Source: an uncultured virus (IMG/VR IMGVR_UViG_3300032330_002160) (lineage: Duplodnaviria; Heunggongvirae; Uroviricota; Caudoviricetes). Taken from it: a stretch of DNA of 64,000 bases. How positions within the stretch are numbered: the first letter of the stretch is position 1; each line of letters begins with the position of its first letter. The position numbers and the translations under genes were made by a program. A model generated the notes under the pieces. The model was not told the DNA's origin, did not search any database, and saw only the letters and a list, made by a program, of their open reading frames with translations. The stretch lies in the IMG/VR virus record IMGVR_UViG_3300032330_002160. The stretch is one strand, 5' to 3'. This document shows, piece after piece, positions 62,201 to 64,000 of this stretch.

Positions 62201-63565
62201 GCAATTTTTCAAAATCAAAAAAGTATTGTTTTTCGCGCTCCTGTTTCTGCAACTGGAAATATTCAGGAATGGCAAAACTCTTCTTCTGGAATATTAACAT
62301 CTGTTGGTCCAAGTGGGGCGATTAGTTTATTTCCATATGGGACTGGTCTTGGCAATACAAATGAGCTTCGCTTTTTAGAACTTGCAGCAAATGGAACAGA
62401 ATATGTTGGATTTAAGGGAGCTAACGTAATTCCAAGTTCAATCGTTTGGACTCTTCCGTCTGGAGAAGGAGCATCAGGCCAAGCACTTACCACTAATGGA
62501 AGCGGGATTCTCTCTTGGGCGAATAGTAGTACCGGGACTGTAACAAGCGTAAGCGGAACGGGATCAGTCAATGGTTTAACATTAACTGGAACTGTAACTA
62601 GTAGTGGGGCGATTACACTTGGAGGAACTCTTAGTAATGTTTCTTTAATTAGTGCGGTTACCGACACACTTCCGATTGCTAATGGTGGTACAAATGCCAT
62701 AACAGCAACCGGCGCACTTGCTAATTTAGGTGGTGTTTCTAGTTCGGATTCAAGACTTTCTGATTCAAGAACTCCTTCTGGTACTGCTGGTGGAGATCTA
62801 ACGGGAACATATCCAAATCCAACTTTGGGCGCTGTTGGATCTTCTGGTATATATACAAAAGTCACTACTGACACAAAGGGAAGAGTTATTTCGGGAACAA
62901 CTCTTTCAGTTTCAGATATCCCAACTTTAAATCAAAACACAACGGGAACAGCTAATAATGTAACAGGAATTGTTACTATAGCAAACGGCGGAACTAATGC
63001 TACTTCACTTGGTAGTTCAGGAAATATACTTTATTTTGATGGAACAAGAATACAAGCACAAACTTTATTAAATTATACTGCAAGTGGTATTCGAGCAATA
63101 TCCCCATCAACTAGTGGTAAACCATTAATTATTCAAGGTGTTACTGGTCAAACTGCAAATCTTCAAGAATGGCAAAATGTATCAGGAACCGCCCTATCTT
63201 ATCTTGATGCTAGCGGGAACTTTTACGCTATTTCAAAAAGCTTCTTAATTGATCACCCGTCTTCTCCAGACAAAAAGCTACGTTACGCAAGCTTGGAAGG
63301 TCCTGAACACGCAGTATTTTATCGTGGAACATTAATTAATAAAGATAATATCACATTACCTTATTATTGGAAAGATCTTGTTCATAATGATAGCATAACT
63401 GTTTCTTTAACGCCGAAAAAATATGCTCAACCAAATCTGTTTGTAGAGGAAGCAAATAATATTAAAGTTGTAGTTTCTTCTGATCGCCCAATATATTGCG
63501 ACTATATTATATACGGGACAAGAAAAGATGTCGATATGTTGGAGGTAGAAACTAATGTCGGTTAA
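59261..63565 (+). CDS. long fibre protein with internal repeats
   Basis: G/S/T-rich; repeated LPIANGGT and QTANLQEW; C-terminal KSFLIDHP..LRYASLEGPE..LP.YW domain. Confidence 0.8.
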   Translation: MPRIISRIIDQYDFEGPPLSGKALVYDSATQKFKTLSINGNGSGTVNYVSGSGTVNGITLTGNVTSSGTLTLGGNLSNVSLLSQVSGILPIANGGTSSSTATGALSALGAIGSITSTNGSVSVTNSGTNVDLSVTVAAATNNVIVQVRNTTGATLTKGTIVYINNATGQTPTVAKALATSDATSAQTLGMVSADISNNGVGYVTIIGLIDDINTNSYQDGDQLYLSSTTAGTFTNVKPYAPIHLVYVGVVEYAHQNHGKIFVKVQNGYELDELHDVEARYPTSGQTLIYNSASGAWQNSLLSLTHSVTGVLPVANGGTNASSLGASGNFLYFNGSGVQGQNILLYTPTGIGINNSAPSGALHVKTSSGTGKALIVQGFNSQSGNLQEWQSSSGVSLAYIDASGNLYNNNILALPVSSGVGNDINITAGSGVTSGSGGSIILKAGLKATTGSDGKVIVKQNASQTSNIFEVQASDGTAAISVSSANPSVITISDRGGADLVVGANQIQINRNNASPVYFHNAAAAGQSSVDIRSANLLCGGYSTSNIPLIVRSASGQTANLQEWRNNSGTALISASANGNLTIGTTGTNQRLIVQGGTNAQATEPAFVIKNAAGSNILFVDTKRSEVAIGSALFFGQGNATTAYLTTDSQGGFSWVSAVTTAPDINYVFAVGTSSNITKSGGTTSYIGGILSGCKFYPTSGTSAYASFVAASAINQTSTASGTVRGLYVNDNLISVLGTYRAIETTYGNVLINTGNTAYKGLIIQAATSQTANLQELQNSSGTPLTYIDATGRLYNNNILALPVASGSGNSITLAAGSGVTSGAGGSLILKAGIQATTGGDGTVAIQQVSGQTSNLFETINTTGAKLFQISNNGQVASFTSDSSSSPGNRWTGTITFNPNLFGTDVPGFAFSNTHSSYGSRGGISANGVSLNAGTITASWNGPSAATMLNLNRNGSARYSIYDDVSLNNNIYFYIGTSTTTAIFQNQKSIVFRAPVSATGNIQEWQNSSSGILTSVGPSGAISLFPYGTGLGNTNELRFLELAANGTEYVGFKGANVIPSSIVWTLPSGEGASGQALTTNGSGILSWANSSTGTVTSVSGTGSVNGLTLTGTVTSSGAITLGGTLSNVSLISAVTDTLPIANGGTNAITATGALANLGGVSSSDSRLSDSRTPSGTAGGDLTGTYPNPTLGAVGSSGIYTKVTTDTKGRVISGTTLSVSDIPTLNQNTTGTANNVTGIVTIANGGTNATSLGSSGNILYFDGTRIQAQTLLNYTASGIRAISPSTSGKPLIIQGVTGQTANLQEWQNVSGTALSYLDASGNFYAISKSFLIDHPSSPDKKLRYASLEGPEHAVFYRGTLINKDNITLPYYWKDLVHNDSITVSLTPKKYAQPNLFVEEANNIKVVVSSDRPIYCDYIIYGTRKDVDMLEVETNVG

Positions 63566-64000
63566 TTACAATCCATCTGTTGTCACATCTGGATTGCTTT
63601 TAAATTTAGATGCGGGAAACTTAAAAAGTTATCCAACGAGTGGAACTGCGTGGACCGATCTTTCAGGCAATGCTAACAATGGTACATTAGTTAATAGCCC
63701 AACATATAGCAGTACAAATGGTGGTAATTTAACATTTAATGGAACAAATCAATATGCAAGCACCCCTTTAAGTCTTGGTGGGTATACAGCATTTACCATA
63801 GCAGCTTGGATTAAAACTACTGTTGTCAGCAAAGACATTATTGCAACATATGGCGTAAACAATATTTTTGAACTTTGGAGTTCAGCATCAAATAAAGTGG
63901 TATTATATGTTTATGCTACAGGTGGCGCAGTTTCGTATCGAACATCAATCGCTTCAATTACTACTGGATCTTGGGTATACTGTGTCGGTGTATATCAAGG
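63555..64000 (+). CDS. LamG/concanavalin A-like virion protein (partial)
   Basis: Manual translation: MSVNYNPSVVTSGLLLNLDAGN..SYP.SGT.WTDLSG..NNGTL..FNGTNQY..FTIAAWIK. Confidence 0.85.
   Translation, partial: MSVNYNPSVVTSGLLLNLDAGNLKSYPTSGTAWTDLSGNANNGTLVNSPTYSSTNGGNLTFNGTNQYASTPLSLGGYTAFTIAAWIKTTVVSKDIIATYGVNNIFELWSSASNKVVLYVYATGGAVSYRTSIASITTGSWVYCVGVYQ

Noticed and set aside
1..64000. Alternative genetic code
   Set aside because: Long genes are intact in code 11, and TAA, TAG and TGA all appear as stops

Overview
AT-rich segment of a large tailed dsDNA phage genome; the host cannot be determined from the sequence. 1-49.4 kb is mostly minus strand. It carries nucleotide metabolism genes (thyX, guaC), a sugar-modification cluster (GT4, FkbM, NDP-hexose C-methyltransferase, gmd), three sigma-70-like factors and six tRNA or tRNA-like genes, including tRNA-Leu(UAA) with a group I intron. 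It also has a C5 methyltransferase encoded in two overlapping frames, a tandem array of 10 (+1 detached) translationally coupled Trp/Ser/Arg-rich micro-ORFs beside an Sm-like/DUF6745/cupin-like gene trio, and an ~11 kb array of small genes boxed by conserved promoter, operator, hairpin and terminator spacers. From 49.75 kb the plus strand encodes a fourth sigma factor, an ERCC4 nuclease, TerL, portal, protease/scaffold, decoration protein, major capsid protein and fibre proteins. The best candidate for an undescribed system is the WS-peptide array (33.7-35.3 kb). Next is the cassette array, with its GMTAKC gradient and a putative anti-RBS double-hairpin RNA. Family names come from motif recognition, not database searches; all counts are manual.
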